In this document: in pieces, positions 1 through 13,506 of the stretch
Layout of the letters: each line of letters opens with the position of its first letter
How positions within the stretch are numbered: the first letter of the stretch is position 1
Assembly: GCF_009914755.1 (NCBI RefSeq)
Contig: NC_060925.1
Strand: one strand, 5' to 3'
Source of the DNA: the human T2T-CHM13v2.0 reference genome, Homo sapiens
Length of the DNA stretch: 64,000 nt
Program-made: the position numbers and the translations under genes
Notes under the pieces: generated by a model
The model's database searches: none
What the model was told of the DNA's origin: nothing
The model's input: only the letters and a program-made list of their open reading frames with translations

Positions 1-50
1 CAGGGGTCAAGTAGGAGTGGGAGCATGGCTGGAGGGCAGCCTGTGTACTT

Positions 51-79
51 GGGTAGGGGAAGGGGCAGGGAGGGCAGGG
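51..79 (+). other. Putative G-quadruplex-forming sequence
   Basis: gggtaggggaaggggcagggagggcaggg has six G3-4 tracts with 1-2 nt loops. Confidence 0.6.
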
Positions 80-249
80 TATGGCTGGCCCTGGGGCTGG
101 AGAGGGCAGCAACTGACCAATCTAAGAGAAGAGATCTTAGAGGCTCCTACTTGAACAGTTTGGTCCTGTTTGATCATCTTACAGAAACTCACCAGTCCAT
201 AAGCCTGCACACATGGAGCTCCCATTGAGCATTTCAGTGCCTCCTTCTC

Positions 250-1700
250 AAATATGAAAGGTAATCAGTGTCGCCAGATGTTTGAGGAACCACAGTATCA
301 TGGAAAGAAAAGAGAAAAAAAAATCAGAGGAAATAGAAGCAATGTACAAAGGAAAAAAACAACCAAATAATTAATATTCCCAGAGATACAGGGGGAATAT
401 TATATCCTTAAACAAGAATACATAACTATTTAAAAATAAATATTAACAGAAAGCTCTTAAAAATTAAAAATATTGTAACAGAAATAAACAACTCAATAAG
501 ATGACTGTAAAAATAAGTTAAGAAGATCTTCAGAGAGAAGCACCCAACTCAAAGAGATGGAAAACGGAAGAAAGTGTAAGATTACATATAACACCAGTGT
601 AACAGCCAGTATTTATTTGAATAGCAGGAGTTCCAGAAAGAGAGAAATCAAAGGGGAAAATTATTGAAGTAACAAACTATGACATGAGTTTCTAGATTGA
701 AACGGCCACCAAGTGCCAGAACGATGGATGGAAAACGTCCCCTACTCACTGATATTCAAAGAATCAAGGATCAGAAAAGCATCAGACTTCTCAGCATCAA
801 CACTGAAAGGAGGAAGCAATGAAGAAATACTTCAAAGTCCTGAGGGGAATGGGGGATGATTACCATTTTACAATTTTATATTCAGTCAAACTATTAATCA
901 AGTGTGAGAATATAATAGAAAATCATCCCTCCTGTACAAGATCTCAAAATATTGCTTCCTGTGAATCCTTATGCAGAAAGCTACTGAAGGATATTCCCCA
1001 CCAAGATAAGAGAGTAAATCAAGAAAGTGGATGTCCAGAATCCAGCAAACAGGAATTTAATACAGGAGAGGGCCAAGGGAATTCCTGATTTAATGATGAA
1101 GAGAAGTTCCAGAATGACAGATGAATGGCAGACCATGTTAGAGCAGGAGAACCAAGGAAAGAATTAAACCAATACATAATTTGATAGATGTCAACATATT
1201 TGAAAGACAATTATAATTCTTCCAGAGAGCTCAGGCATGAAATAGCAATAGATACATACAAAACCAAGGAAGTGACAAATCAGGGCAATGAAAAAACCCA
1301 AGGAAAGCAACAAAGTTGTACAATAGAGGAAATATTAATATAATCATGGCACACCAAGTAACTCAACTTGAAAATAATATAATCATAATAATTTAAATAC
1401 TGAATACTAATATTGTCCCCAAAATGATGTTATATTCATATTGAGAGGATAAGAGGATATGTGTTTGTGGGGGATAAGAGAGCTATAATCCTCTTCTTAC
1501 ATAGAAGGTCATTAATAAATGATAAGTAATTTTAAAAAACAGTAGAATAAACATGTTTCTTAAAAATATGGAGTTAATACTGGAAGAAACAACTAGAAGA
1601 TCTGAAAATGGTTGCTTTGGGGAAGAAGGAACCAGGAGAAATAAGAATGCTGCCTTCCCTTCAAAGTCTTACGTAAATATTTATTATTCTAAACTAGGTA
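250..1700 (+). mobile_element. Ancient HAL1/L1M ORF1-like LINE relic; its 3' tail resumes at about 11445-11495
   Basis: Degenerate L1 ORF1-like sequence (gcatcagacttctcagcatcaacactg..., ORF 819-1088 KYFKVLR...ILYSVKLLIKCE). It is followed by the HAL1-type caggagagggccaagggaattcc...agttccagaatgacag block. Confidence 0.6.
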
Positions 1701-4700
1701 GGGAGAGAGTGCCCGATGGCTGAGTAGATGCAGCCAGGACAAGCATCTCCCACTGAGGGACAGGGCATTGGGAATACTGGCACACTCCTAGCAAGTCTTC
1801 AGAGGGAAGACACTGAGAACAAATGGAGGGAGGATGCAGATGCTTGGCTGAAGTGGGAGGAAACCCCTGCATGGGGCTACTATGCACCAGAACTCATTTC
1901 TGGCTCCTGGTGACTCCTGGGGAAGGTGGGAGCTAAATAGACAAGGAGCAACTCACTCTCTCCACGGGCTTCTGGAATCCCAGCAGGAGATCCCTTGACC
2001 ACTGTGGACACTTGAACCGGCAGGGGGAGCTGCTCAGAGAAGTGGTAGGAGCAGAACTCCAGCCAGAGCAGAAACCGAGTGCTTGGTGTGGGAGCATCTG
2101 TAGTGGAGCACAGCCACGGTCGCCCATCTCCCTAGGTTCAACTCACTCCTATAGGAGACTTTAGCCCTAGGGGAACCATAGGACCTGAACTCTGCATGGT
2201 GGTCTTGCCTATGAGAGGGGGCCCATCCTACCTGAGCACCTCTCAATCTGCTGTCTTCTCTCAGGCACACCAGCCTGGCTGCACCTGCTTGCAGTGTGGC
2301 CCCAAGGCACCTCCTGGGAGCCCACATCATAGCTCCTGTGCTGGTGGACTGTGTCTGATGGGCACAGTACTCCAACAGAGCCATCTCAGTGGACAGGCAC
2401 CAGCTCACCCCCCACTGCAGCCTGCCTTCATGCCCCTTTGCCCACATGCACTCACCCATGGCTAACCCACAAATTACTCTGTGGGTGGGTGTGTGTGCAG
2501 GCATACTTTGCCTTTCCTCCCCCTCCAGCATGTGTGGAGGGGCACCCTGCCATGCCACTGCTGCCTGTGTATGTGCATCCCACCCTTCTCCCCGCTGCTG
2601 AACCACCACTGTAGTTAGAACATTGTCGGGGACAGAGCCCACCAGCCCCGCTCCTGCCAGGGCCCACTCCTGTGCTGAAATTATCACCAGCATGAAACTA
2701 GACATGAAGAAAAGCAGACCTAGCCCTTCCCTGAGTGGCCACTCCTGCCCATGGGAACACACACAGAGTGTGCACACAGTCCTGCACCAACCAGTGCCCC
2801 ACCCCTGCACTAACATCACTGCTGGTTCACACACCCACAGTTATGGGGAGGGGCGTTTTCCCAAGCCAGTGCTGTCAATGCCAGCCACTGCTGCAAACAC
2901 CCACATGGAGGTTGGCACCCCGGAACCCACTAGCACCCTGCTGCAGTCAACAAGCATACAACCCACAGTGCTGCAGCTGCTGTTACTAATGACATGTAGT
3001 GAACATGGACAGATACCTCTGCCACCACCCTACAAAGTACGGTGTAGGTTTGGCTGGCACTACCCATCGGAGTGTTGTGACCAGTGGTCCAGGAGTAACT
3101 CATCCCTTCCCGCACAGCAGGTTCCTAACCTTGAGGAGCCAGAGAACAAAGTGGGGGTCTGATACTAGTTCCCCAGTTCAGTCCAGGAGTCCCAAACTGA
3201 GCCTTGCCCCCCTAAAATCTTTCAAACATGAAGCCAGTCAACTGAACCCACCTTATACCACAAGGGTCACCAAATGGAATAAAAGAAAAAAAAATCCAAA
3301 GGACAGAAAATGTAAAGACTGAAGGAACATCACCCTCACAAAGATGAGAATGAACCAGTGCAAGAACTCTGACAATTCAAAAAAGTCAAAGTGCCTTTTT
3401 TCCTCCAAATGATTGCACTATTTCTCCAGGAAGAGTTCTTAACCAGGATGAGATGGCTGAAGTGATACAAATAGAATTCAGAATAGGAATAGGAATGAAG
3501 ATCACTGAGATCCAGGAGAATGTTGAAACTCATCTAAGGAAGCTAAAAGTCACAATAAAAAGATGTGGAGCTGACAAAATAGTATAGAAAAGAACATAAC
3601 TGACCTGATAGAGCTGAAAAACACACTATGAGAATTTCATAATGCAATTGCAAGCATTAATAGTAGAATAAACCAAGCTGAGGAAAGAATCTCAGGGTTT
3701 GAAGACTGACTTTCTGAAATAAGACAGTCAGACCAGAAGAAAGAATGAAAAGAAACAACAAAACCTCAGTGAAATATGGAATTATATAAAGAGACTGAAT
3801 CTATGACTCATTTGACATCCCTGAAAGAGATGGGGAAAATGGACGCAACTTGGAAAACATAGTTTAGGATACCATCCATGAGAACTTCCCCAATATAGCT
3901 AGAGAAGCTAACATTGAAATTCAGGAAAACAGAGAACTCCTACAAAATACTTCACAAAATATTGTCCCAAGACACATAATCGTCAAATTCTCCAAGGTCA
4001 AAATGAAAGAAAAAAACGTTAAAGGTAGTTAGGGAGAAAGAACAGGTCACCTACAAAGGTAAGTCCATCAGAGTAACAGCAGACGTCTCAGCAGAAATCC
4101 TACAAGCCAGAAGAGATTGGGGCCTATATTCAACATTCTTAAAGAAAAGAATTCCAACCAAGAATTTTCTATCCAGCCAAATTAAGCTGCATAAGTGAAG
4201 GAGAAAGAAGATCCTTTCAGACAAGCAAATGGTGAAGGAATTTATTACATGATCTGCCTTACAAGAGCTCCTGAAAGAAGCACTAAGTATGGAAAGATCA
4301 TTATCATCCACTACAAAAACACACTTAAGTACACAGACCAGTGACACTATAAAGCAACCACACAAACAAGTCAGCATAATAACAACCTAACAACACGATG
4401 ACAGGATCAAATCCACACATATCAATACTAACCTTGAATGTATTATAAATGGCCTAAATGTCCCAATTAAAAGGCACAGAAAGGCAAGCTGAATAAGGAA
4501 GCAAGACCCAATGGTATGCTATCTTCAAGAGACCCATCTCACATGCAATGACACCCATAGGCTCAAAATAAAAGGATGGAGAAAAATCTACCAAGCAAAT
4601 GAAAACAGAAAAACAAAGAGGTTGCAATCCTAATTTCAGACAAAACAGACTTTAAACCAACGAAAATTTAAAAAGACAAAGAAGGGTATTACATAATGTT

Positions 4701-5134
4701 AAAGGGTTCAATTCAACAAGAAGACATAACTATCCTAAATATATATGCACCCAACACAGGAGCACCCAGATTCATAAAGCATGTTTTTAAAGACCTTCAA
4801 AGAGACTTAGACTCCCACACAATAATAGTGGGAGACCTCAACACCCCACTGTCAGTATTAGATCATTAAGGCAGAAAATTAACAAAGATATTCCAGAGCT
4901 GAATTCAACACTGGACCAAATGGACCTAATAGATATCTACCAAACTCTACACCCCAAAACAACAGAATATGCATTCTTCTCATTGCCACATGGTATATAC
5001 TGTAAAATGGATCACACAATTGGACACTAAACAATCCTCAGCAAATGCAAAAAACCAAAATCATACCAACCACTCTCTCAGACCCCGAATGGTATGAACA
5101 ATATAATTGGAAATTGAGATTAAGAAAATCATTT

Positions 5135-5441
<307 letters not shown>

Positions 5442-8294
5442 TTACATGGAAACTAAACAACATGCTCCTGGATGACTTTTGGGTAAATAAAGAAATAAAG
5501 GCAGAATTCAAGAAATTCTTTGAAACTAATGAGAACAAAAATACAACATACCAGAATTTCTGGGGCATGGCTAAGGCAGTGTTAAGAGGGAAATTTATAG
5601 CACTAAACAGTCACATTAAAAAGTTAAAAAGATCTAAAATTAACAACCTAACATCACAACTAAAAGAACTAGAGAAACAAGAACAAACCAACTGCAAAGC
5701 TACAGAAGACAAGAAATAACCAAAATCAGAGCTGAACTGAAGGAGATTGACACATGAAAACCCATTCAAAAGATCAAAGAATCCACGAGCCAGTATTCTG
5801 AAAAAATTAAGACAGACAAATAGCTAGACTAATAAAGAAAAAGAGAGAAGATCCAAATAAACACAATTAGAAACGACAAAAGGGATATTATCATTGACCC
5901 ACAGAAATACAAATAACCATCAGAGAATACTGTGAACACCTCAACGCACATGAGCTATTAAAACCTAGAAGAAACTGATAAATTCCTGGACACATACATC
6001 CTCCCAAGACTGAAGCAGAAAGAAACTGAATCCCTGAACAGACCAATAATGAGCTCCAAAATGGAATCAGTAATTTTAAAAAACCTATCAACCAAAAAAA
6101 TCCCAGGACCAGATGGATTCACAGAATTCTACCAGATGTACAAAGAAGAGCTGGTACCATTCCTACTGAAACTATTCCAAAAATTGAGGAAAAGGGACTC
6201 CTCCCCAACTCACTCTATGAGGATAGCATCATCCTGATGCCAAAACCTGGCAGAGACCCAGCAAAAAAAAAAAAGAAGAAGAAGAAAGAAAAGAAAACAA
6301 ACCTTCAAGCAAATATATTTGATGAACATTGATGCAAAAATTCTCAACAAAATACTCGCAAACTGAATCCATCAACACATCAAAAAGCTTATCCATCATA
6401 ATCAAGTAGGCTTTAACCCTGGGATGCAAGGCTGGTTCAACATATGCAAATTAATAAACATGATTCATCACATAAACAAAAGTAAAGACAAAAACCACAT
6501 GATTATCTCAATAGATGCAGAAAAGGCTTTCAACAAAATTCAACACATATTCATGTTAAAAACTCTCAACAAACTAGGTATTGAAGGAATATACCTCAAA
6601 ATAACAAGAGCCATCTATGACAAACCCACAGCCAATATCATACTGAATGGGTGGAAGCTAGAATGGAAGCATTCCACTTGAAAACGGGCACCACTGGATG
6701 CCCTCTCTCACCACTCCAATTCAACGTAGTATTGGAAGTCATGGCTAGAGCAATCAGGCAAGAGAAAGAAATAAAGAGTTTCCAAATAGAAAGAGAGAAA
6801 GTCGAACTATCCCTGTTTGCCGATTACATGATTTTGTATCTAGAAAATCCCATAGTCTGTGCCCAAAAGCTCCCTGGGCTGATAAGTAACTTTAGCAAAG
6901 TTTCGAGATACAAAATCAATGTACAAAAATCACTAGCAGTCCTATACCAACAACAGGCAAGCCAAGAGACAAATCAGTAATACAATCCCATTCACAACTG
7001 CCACAAAAAGAATGAAATACCTAGGAATACAGTTAGTCAGGGAAGTGAAAGATCTCTACAATGAGAATTACAAAACACTGTTCAAAGAAATCAGAGATGA
7101 CACAAACAAATGGAAAAACATTCCATGCTCATGGATAGGAATAATTAATATCATTAAAATGGCCATACTGCCCAAAGCAATTTAGAGATTCAATGCTATT
7201 GCTATCAAACTACCAATGACAGTCTTCACAGAACTAGAAAAAAACTATTTTAAAAATCATATGAAACAAAAAAGGATCTCGAATAGCCAAGTCAATTATA
7301 AGCAAAAAGAATAAAGCAGAAAGCATCATGCTACCTAATTTCAAACTTCACTACACGGCTACCAAAACAGCATGGTACTGGTACAAAAACAGACATATAG
7401 ACCAATGGAACAGAATAAAGAGCTCAGAAATAAAGCTGCATACCTACAACCACCTGATCTTTGATAAAGCTGACAAAAACAAGCAATGGGGAAAGGGCTC
7501 CCTATTCAACAAATGATGCTGGTATAACTGGCTAACCATATGCAGAAGATAGAAACTGGACCCCTTCCTTATACCTAATACAAAAAAAATCAACTCAAGA
7601 TGTATTAAAGACTTAAATGTAAAACCAAAAACTATAAAAACCCTGGAAAACAACCTGGTGAATACTATTGTGGACATAAGACCTGGCAAAGATTTCATGA
7701 AGAAGATGCCAAAAGCAATTGCAGCTAAAGCAAAAATTGACAAATAGGATCGAATCAAACTTAAGAGCTTCTACACAGCAAAAGAAACTATCGACAGAGT
7801 AAATAGACAACCTACAGAATGGGAGAAAATATTTGCAAATTATGCATCTGACAAAGGTCTAATATCCAGCATCTATTAAGACACAAACAAATTTATAAGA
7901 GAAAACAAATAACTACATTAACAAGTAGGTAAAGGGCACGAACAGACACTTTTCACACCAGTCAGAATGGCTGTAATTAAAAATTCAAAAAATAACAGAT
8001 GTTAGTGAGGTTGCAGAGAAAAAGGGAATGTTTATACACTGTTGGTGGGAATGTAAATTGGTTCAACCATTGTGGAAAACAGTGTGGCAATTCTTCAAAG
8101 AGCTGAAAACAGAATGACCATTCGACCCAGCAAACCCATTACTGAGCATATACCCAAAGGAAAGGAATATATATTGTTCTTTCATAAAGACATATGCATG
8201 TGTATGTTTATCACAGCACTATTCTTAACAGCCAAGTCATAGAATCAACCTAAATGCCCATCAGTGGTAGACTGGATTAAGAAAATGTGGTACA

Positions 8295-9992
8295 CTCTGC
8301 TCAAGCAAATAAGAAAGGACACAAACAAATGAAAAAACATTCCATGCTCATGGATAGGAAGAATCAATATCATGAAATTGGCTATACCGCCCAAAGTAAT
8401 TTATAGATTCAATGCTATTCCCATCAAGCTACCATTGACTTTCTTCACAAAATTAGAAAAAACTACTTTAAATTTCATATGGACCCAAAAAAGAGCCTGT
8501 ATAGACAAGACAATCCTAAGCAAAAAGAACGAAGCTGGAGGCATCACGCTACCCGACTTCAAACTATACTACAAGGCTACAGTAACCAAAACAGCATGGT
8601 ACTGGTACCAAAACAGATATATAGACCAATGGAACAGAACAGAGCCCTCAGAAATAACACCACACATCTACAACCATCTGATCTTTGACAAACCTGACAA
8701 AAACAACCAATGGGGAAAGGATTTCCTATTTAATAAATGGTGTTGGGAAAACTGGCTAGCCATATGCAGAAAACTGAAACTGGACCCCTTCCTTACACCT
8801 TATACAAAAATTAACTCAAGATGGATTAAAGACTTAAATGTAAGACCTAAAACCATAAAAACCCTAGAAGAAAACCTAGAGAATACCATTCAGGACATAG
8901 GCATGGGCAAAGACTTCATGACTAAAACACCAAAAACAAGTGCAACAAAAGCCAAAATTGACAAATGGGATCTAATTAAACCAAAGAGCTTCTGCACAGC
9001 AAAAGAAACTACCATCAGAGTGAACAGACAACCTACAGAATGGGAGAAAATTTTTGCAATCTATCCATGTGACAAAGGTCTAATATCCAGAATCTACGAG
9101 GAACTTAAACAAATTTACAAGAAAAAAACAAACAACTCCATCAAAAAGTGGGCAAAGGATATGAACAGACCCTTCTCAAAAGAAGACATTTATGCAGCCA
9201 ACAAACATATGAAAAACAGCTTATCATCACTGGTCATTAGAGAAATGCAAATCAAAACTGCAGTGAGATACCATCTCACACCAGTTAGAATGGTGATCAA
9301 TAAAAAGTCAAAAAACAACAGATGCTGGCTAGGATGTGGAGAAATAGGAACGCTTTTACACTGTTGGTGGGAGTGTAAATTAATTTAACTATTGTGGAAG
9401 ACACTGTGGTGATTCCTCAAGGATCTAGAACCAGAAATACCATTTGACCCAGCAATCCCATTACTGGGTGTATACCCAAAGGATTACAAATCATTCTACT
9501 ATAAAGACATGCACACGTATGTTTATTGCAGCACTATTTACAATAGCAAAGGCTTGGAACCAACCCAAGGCCCCATCAATGATAGACTGGATAAAGAAAA
9601 CGTGGCACATATACACCATGGACTACTATGCAGCCATAAAAAAGAATGAGTTCAGGTCCTTTGCAGGGACATGGATGAAGCTGGAAACCATCATTCTCAG
9701 CAAACTAACACAGGAACAGAAAACCAAACACCGCATGTTCTCACTCATAAGTGGGAGTTGAACAACAAGAATACATGGACACAGGGAGGGGAACATCACA
9801 CACCAGGGCCTATCAGGGGGTAGGGGGCTAGGGGAGGGATAGCATTAGGAGAAATACCTAATGCATGTGGGGCTTAAAACCTAAATGACAGGTTGATGGG
9901 TGCAGCAAACCATCATGGCACATGTATACCTATGTAACAAATCTGCATGTTCTGCGCATGTATCCCAGAACGTAAAGTATAATAAAAAAAAA
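8295..9992 (+). mobile_element. 5'-truncated L1PA8-like element nested in the 3' end of the older L1
   Basis: ORF2 C-terminal part restarts after the host had already passed it. The 3'UTR reads taatgcatgtggggcttaaaacctaaatgac, then poly(A). Degenerate TSD aaaatgtggtac (8282-8293) / aaaatgtggaac (9990-10001). Confidence 0.85.
8372..9388 (+). pseudogene. ORF2: L1 ORF2 C-terminal fragment (338 aa open; no EN or RT core)
   Basis: Translation matches L1 ORF2p ([26 protein letters not shown]). Confidence 0.85.
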
Positions 9993-10392
9993 ATGTGGAA
10001 CGTATATACCATGGAATACTATGCAGCCAAAAAAAATGAGGTCATGTCCTTTGCAGGAACACAGATGGAGCTGGAGGCCATTATCCTTAGCAAACTAATG
10101 GAGGAACAAAAAACCAAAGACCACATGTTCTCACTTATAAGCAGGAGCTAAACAACAAGAACACAGAGACACAAAGAGGGGAACAACAGACACGGAGGCC
10201 TAATAGAGGGTGGAGGGTAGTAGTAGGGAAAGGAGCAGAAAAAATAACTATTGGGTACTAGGCTTAGCACCTGGGTCACAAAATAATCTGTACAATCCCC
10301 ATGACGTGAGTTTACGTATATAACAAACCAGCATATGAACCCTTGAACATAAAATAAAAGTTTTAGAAAAATAAAAATAAATTAAGTACATG

Positions 10393-11444
10393 AAATTTAA
10401 ACATGGGCTACATATTAGATGATGGCAATGAATTGATGTTAAATTTCTTAGTTTTGATAATGGTATTATGATTATATAGGAGAATGTCTTTCATTCTCAG
10501 GAGATACATGATAAAATGTTACAATGCAATATAATTTTAAATCATTAATCAAAAATAGATAAGTAGACAGATGAGAAAATAAAGCAAATGTGACAAAATG
10601 GTAACTGGAAAATCTAAATAAATGATATATAGATGTTCATTGCACCTTCCTTTTAACTTTTCTGTCGATTTTTTAAATTTTATTTTTTTCTTTCCAACTT
10701 TTATTTTAGGTTTGGGGTACGTGTGCAGATTTGTTACGTGGGTAAATTACGTGTTGCAGGTGTTTGGTGTACAGATTTTATCACCCAGGTAATGAGCATA
10801 GCACCTGATAGGTAGTTCTTCGATACCCTTCTCCTACCCTTCACCCTCATGAAGGCCCCAGTGTATATTGTTCACTTCTTTGTGTCCATATGTACTCAAC
10901 GTTTAGCTTCCATTTACAACTCGGAACATGCAGTATTTGGTTTTCAGTTCCTATGTTAGTTTGCTTAGGATACTGGCCTACATCACCATCCATGTTGCTG
11001 CAAAGGACTTGATCTCATTCTTTTTTATGGCTGCATAGTATCCCATGGTGTATATGTACCACATTTTCTTTATCCAGTCTACCATTGTTGAGCATTTAGG
11101 TTGATCCCACATCTTGGCTATTGTGAATAGTGCTGTGATGAACATACAAGTGCATGTGTCTTTATGGTAGAATGTTTTATCTTTATTTGCGTATATATCC
11201 AATAATTGGATTCTGAGTGAAATGGTAGTTCTGTTTTAAGTTCTTTGAGAAATCTCCTAGCTGCTTTCCACGGTGGCTGAACTAATTTACATTCCCACCA
11301 GCAATGTATATGTGTTCCCTTTTCTCCACAACCTTACTAACATTTGTTATTTTTTTGCTTTTTAATAACAGCTAGTTCTGACTGGTGTAAGGTGGCATCT
11401 CATTGTAGTTTAAATTTGCATTTCAAAATAAAACATTTAGGGGG
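10393..11444 (+). mobile_element. L1ME-type 3' fragment, split by an antisense L1PA15
   Basis: tattagatgat...gataatggtattatg...ggagatacatg...gttcattgcacc...ttttctg, resuming at ttcaaaataaaacatttaggggg (about 11422-11444). Confidence 0.6.
10672..11424 (-). mobile_element. 5'-truncated L1PA15-like element
   Basis: T-rich tail, then ttccaacttttattttaggtttggggtac. The ORF2 C-terminal peptide CTCMFITALFTIAK is on the minus strand. Confidence 0.85.
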
Positions 11445-12450
11445 AAACTAGGTACATGTGTTATTCTGATAAAATTAAAATTTAAAAATAAAACACTTGA
11501 CCCAATGCCTGGAGTATACATCACTTCAAAATGTTAGCTATCATTATTATTTGTGTTATCATCATTATTTGTATTTTGATTTGTATTATCATCACCATAA
11601 TCATTATTTCTCAACGTGTATTTCAGTTGAATAGAAAAGACAGTGATAGATCACTGGTTGTTACTCCCAGATCATGATAGGAAAAGGTATCAACCAAAGA
11701 AAATTTTCTTCTGGCATGCTACTCACCCAGGGCCTAGGGCTTATGTAGAGCACTGGAAACGTAAGCAAAAATGTTCCTCCTTAGATAATGCTCATGGGCC
11801 ACAGCTGGGTGACAGATCAAGTCACCTCTGGCTTGAGATGGTCAGAGAATGGCCAATGGTCTGGATAAAGAGATATAAAGGAAGTAGAATCACAAATTAG
11901 TTGAGGGTAAATCTCAGGTGTCCAACTTGGTAGATCTGGGTGGGTGATAGGATGCTGCCTAGACCAAGACCAGCCACCTTGATCTTCACAGCACATCACA
12001 CCAGAATTGTTTAAGAATCTACATTGACTCCCACGTCCAGGACCATCCCAAGGCCTGGAACCTGTTATGACTTTTCCTTTCTAAATGTGATACATTCACA
12101 ACAGGCCCTACTTCAGTGTTTTCTGTCTGATTGAGAAGACTTGAAAGGTCTTCCCAGAGTGAATCCTAAACAACTTAATATTGCAGGTCCCAACAAGCTC
12201 CATAGAACTGCAGATTTAGATACTTCAATGTGCACTGCCCCTACGATCCAGGGTCACTTATAGATGCTTAAAGAAATGCAGTATAGAGACCATCTCAGGT
12301 GAACTCATGTTCCCATGTCTCTGTTTTGAAGTCCCAGGTCACTTTGAATTGGTGTTTTCTGCCTCTGGGTGGAGCCTCTAGCCTCAGAGTAATAATACTC
12401 TGTTATAATACGCTGGTATAAGGACATACATATCTATACACATATATATC

Positions 12451-13127
12451 CAGTCTATCCTCATTATTCACAGATTCCATGTTTGTGAATTTGCTTACAT
12501 GCTAAAATTTATTTGTAAACCCAAAATCAATTTCAATATTCACAGTGCTTTCACAGTCATTTGTGGACATGTGCAGAGGAGGAAAAAATTCAAGTCACCC
12601 AATGTACACACATTCCCAGCTAGGGTCAGACAGGTGACCTTCTGCCTTCTTGTTTCAGCTCTCACACTGTAAACAAGTGTCCTTTTCACAGTCTGATTAG
12701 CGTTCCTTTTTTTTTTTTTTTTTTTTTTTGCATTTTTATGCTCTTTCTTGGTGATTTCACTATTTAAAATGGCCTCCAAGAATAGCACCAGAATGCTCTT
12801 TAGTGTTCCTAAGTATAAGAAGGCCGTGATGTGCCTTCCAGAGAAATTACATGTGTTAGCTAAGCTTCTTCCAGCCATGAGTTATAGTGCTATCGGCCAT
12901 GAGTTCAATATTAATGAATCAACAATATATACTAAATAAACTATCTTTAAAGAGAAATCCACATAAAATAAGGTTACATATTAATCAGTTTACAGAAATG
13001 TTGAAACCATAAGCTTACAGAAACCTAACCTTGTATTTCTCCTAGGAGCAATGGTTCATTACTTGCTAATTCGGTAGCTGTGGCAACTTTGTAGAATGTA
13101 ACTTTCATGAATAACAAATGTGAGTGG
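12451..13127 (-). mobile_element. MER82 (TcMar-Tigger) DNA transposon
   Basis: Ends cagtctatcctcattattc... and ...catgaataac, with a Tigger-like N-terminal peptide relic (KKAVMCLPEK...EFNINESTIY). Confidence 0.75.
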
Positions 13128-13506
13128 TATATTAATCTGTTCTCACGCTGGTATAAGGACATACCTGAGACCAGGTAATTTATAAAGGAAAGAGTTTTAA
13201 TTGACTCACAGTTCCGCATGGCTGGGGAGGTCTCAGGAAACTTACAATCATTGTGGAAGGGAAAGCAAATACATCCTTCTTCACAAGGAGCGTATTTGCA
13301 CAAGGCAGCAAGGAGAAGTGTCAAGCAAAAGGGAGAAAAGCCCCTTATAAAACCATCAGATCTCACTCACTATCACAAGAACAACATGAGGGTAACTGAC
13401 CCCATGATTCAATTACCTCCCACTTGATCCCTCCTACAATACATGCGGATTATGAGAACTACAATTCAACGTGAGATTTGAGTGGGGACACGGCCAAACC
13501 ATATCA
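13128..13506 (-). mobile_element. THE1D-like MaLR solo LTR
   Basis: tatattaatctgttctcac...ggggacacggccaaaccatatca. The 5-bp TSD copies agtgg/agcag can both derive from agcgg by CpG decay. Confidence 0.8.

Noticed and set aside
2034-3322. Long ORFs (266 aa minus, 179 aa plus and others)
   Set aside because: They lie in the GC-rich repetitive 5'UTR of the old L1 and resemble no protein I know.
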